DNA of 64,000 nt from Ascidiella aspersa. Lineage: Eukaryota. Under the pieces are notes generated by a model, which worked only from the letters and a program-made list of their open reading frames with translations, searched no databases and had not been told where the DNA came from. Positions 63,115-64,000 of this stretch are shown here, piece after piece. Positions within the stretch are counted from its first letter, which is position 1; every line of letters begins with the position of its first letter. The translations under genes were made by a program, and so were the position numbers. The stretch is from positions 12,028,001 to 12,092,000 of the forward strand of contig OZ004612.1 in NCBI GenBank assembly GCA_963924565.1, given 5' to 3'.

Positions 63115-64000
63115 CTACATTGTAATCAAAAATAAATTACAAATAATTAACATTCTTCACAACTGCCGTTTAAAACAGTTATTTAAATTGTGATGCAAAA
63201 CTCCATAAAAAAACATAATAGAAACACCAGGTTGCTGAACAAACTTGGTTGGCAAGACAACTGACATTTTCCTCCTATATTTAGTGAGTGCGCAACATAA
63301 TGAACTCCTAACAAAATCAGACTTTTTTATAATACATTGTTGGGTTGTGGTTTTCTCTTAGGTTAATTAGGCGGTCAAACATTGTGCTACAAAGAATACA
63401 AAGTTATTACTGCTAGTTAATGTACTGGTATTACTTGGAACACTGTGTTGAGTAACCTTGTTGAATATTGGCCCAAAGCTGACCTTGATTAACCCCGTAC
63501 TGCTCTTTGCGCTTTTTTCAAATGTTACTCAATTCAATCTTACTTTTGCTGAAGGGTACGGGCATATAGGGAAATTGCTAAACTCTGGTCTGATATTCTG
63601 CTTTCAACCTCACTAGACACGACTAAAAAGTGAAATTAATAAAATTCGGGTAAATAAGTACAATTAAATCTCACTGTCTTAACACCCCCTACCGTAATGA
63701 CTCACATCACGGTGTGTCGCGTAAATTTCTTTTTCAGCTTCCTGTAATAAACTGAGCCAAACCCAGGCTTCCAAGTTGTGGACAAATCTGTACCTGGAAA
63801 ACATAACAGTGGGTAAAACTTATTGCTTTAAATTATATCGTTTCGTCGAAATACTTGTTTGGGAGAGGGGAGGGGGGTGCTAACCAAACTTAGTTGGTTT
63901 TAATAATTTTCAAGTGAAAGGCACGACTGAACAAACCTGGCATATACCTAAATCTATACTTGTGAAAACACATAACAGTTGGTAGAACTCACTGCTTCAA

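Noticed and set aside
63760-64000. ~170-bp spaced imperfect repeat (AAAACATAACAGT.GGTA.AACT)
   Set aside because: Truncated by the window edge and too short to classify.

Overview
Eukaryotic (animal) genomic DNA, probably an invertebrate chordate such as an ascidian. That is an inference from the FGF subfamily, the compact introns and the TGACGTCA richness. I can reconstruct two convergent spliced genes by hand. (1) A 3-exon FGF ligand on + (17141-30239, 346 aa, FGF3/7/10/22-like) with a displaced signal peptide, a ~145-aa 4-Cys pro-region and an RRRR convertase-type site just before the FGF core. It lies in a GC/CpG-rich, largely transposon-free non-coding landscape (~3.7-31 kb). (2) A 13-coding-exon SLC22 organic ion transporter on - (33449-42610, 583 aa). 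The rest is AT-rich and holds many small DNA transposons (hAT MITEs with 8-bp TSDs, a TTAA piggyBac-like element, a Tc1/mariner relic), tRNA-derived SINEs, decayed LINEs and a perfect 37-bp minisatellite. Most entries in the ORF track are spurious. The most novel-looking signal is the FGF precursor architecture plus its uORFs and its divergent receptor-binding residues. No CRISPR or prokaryotic system is supported.
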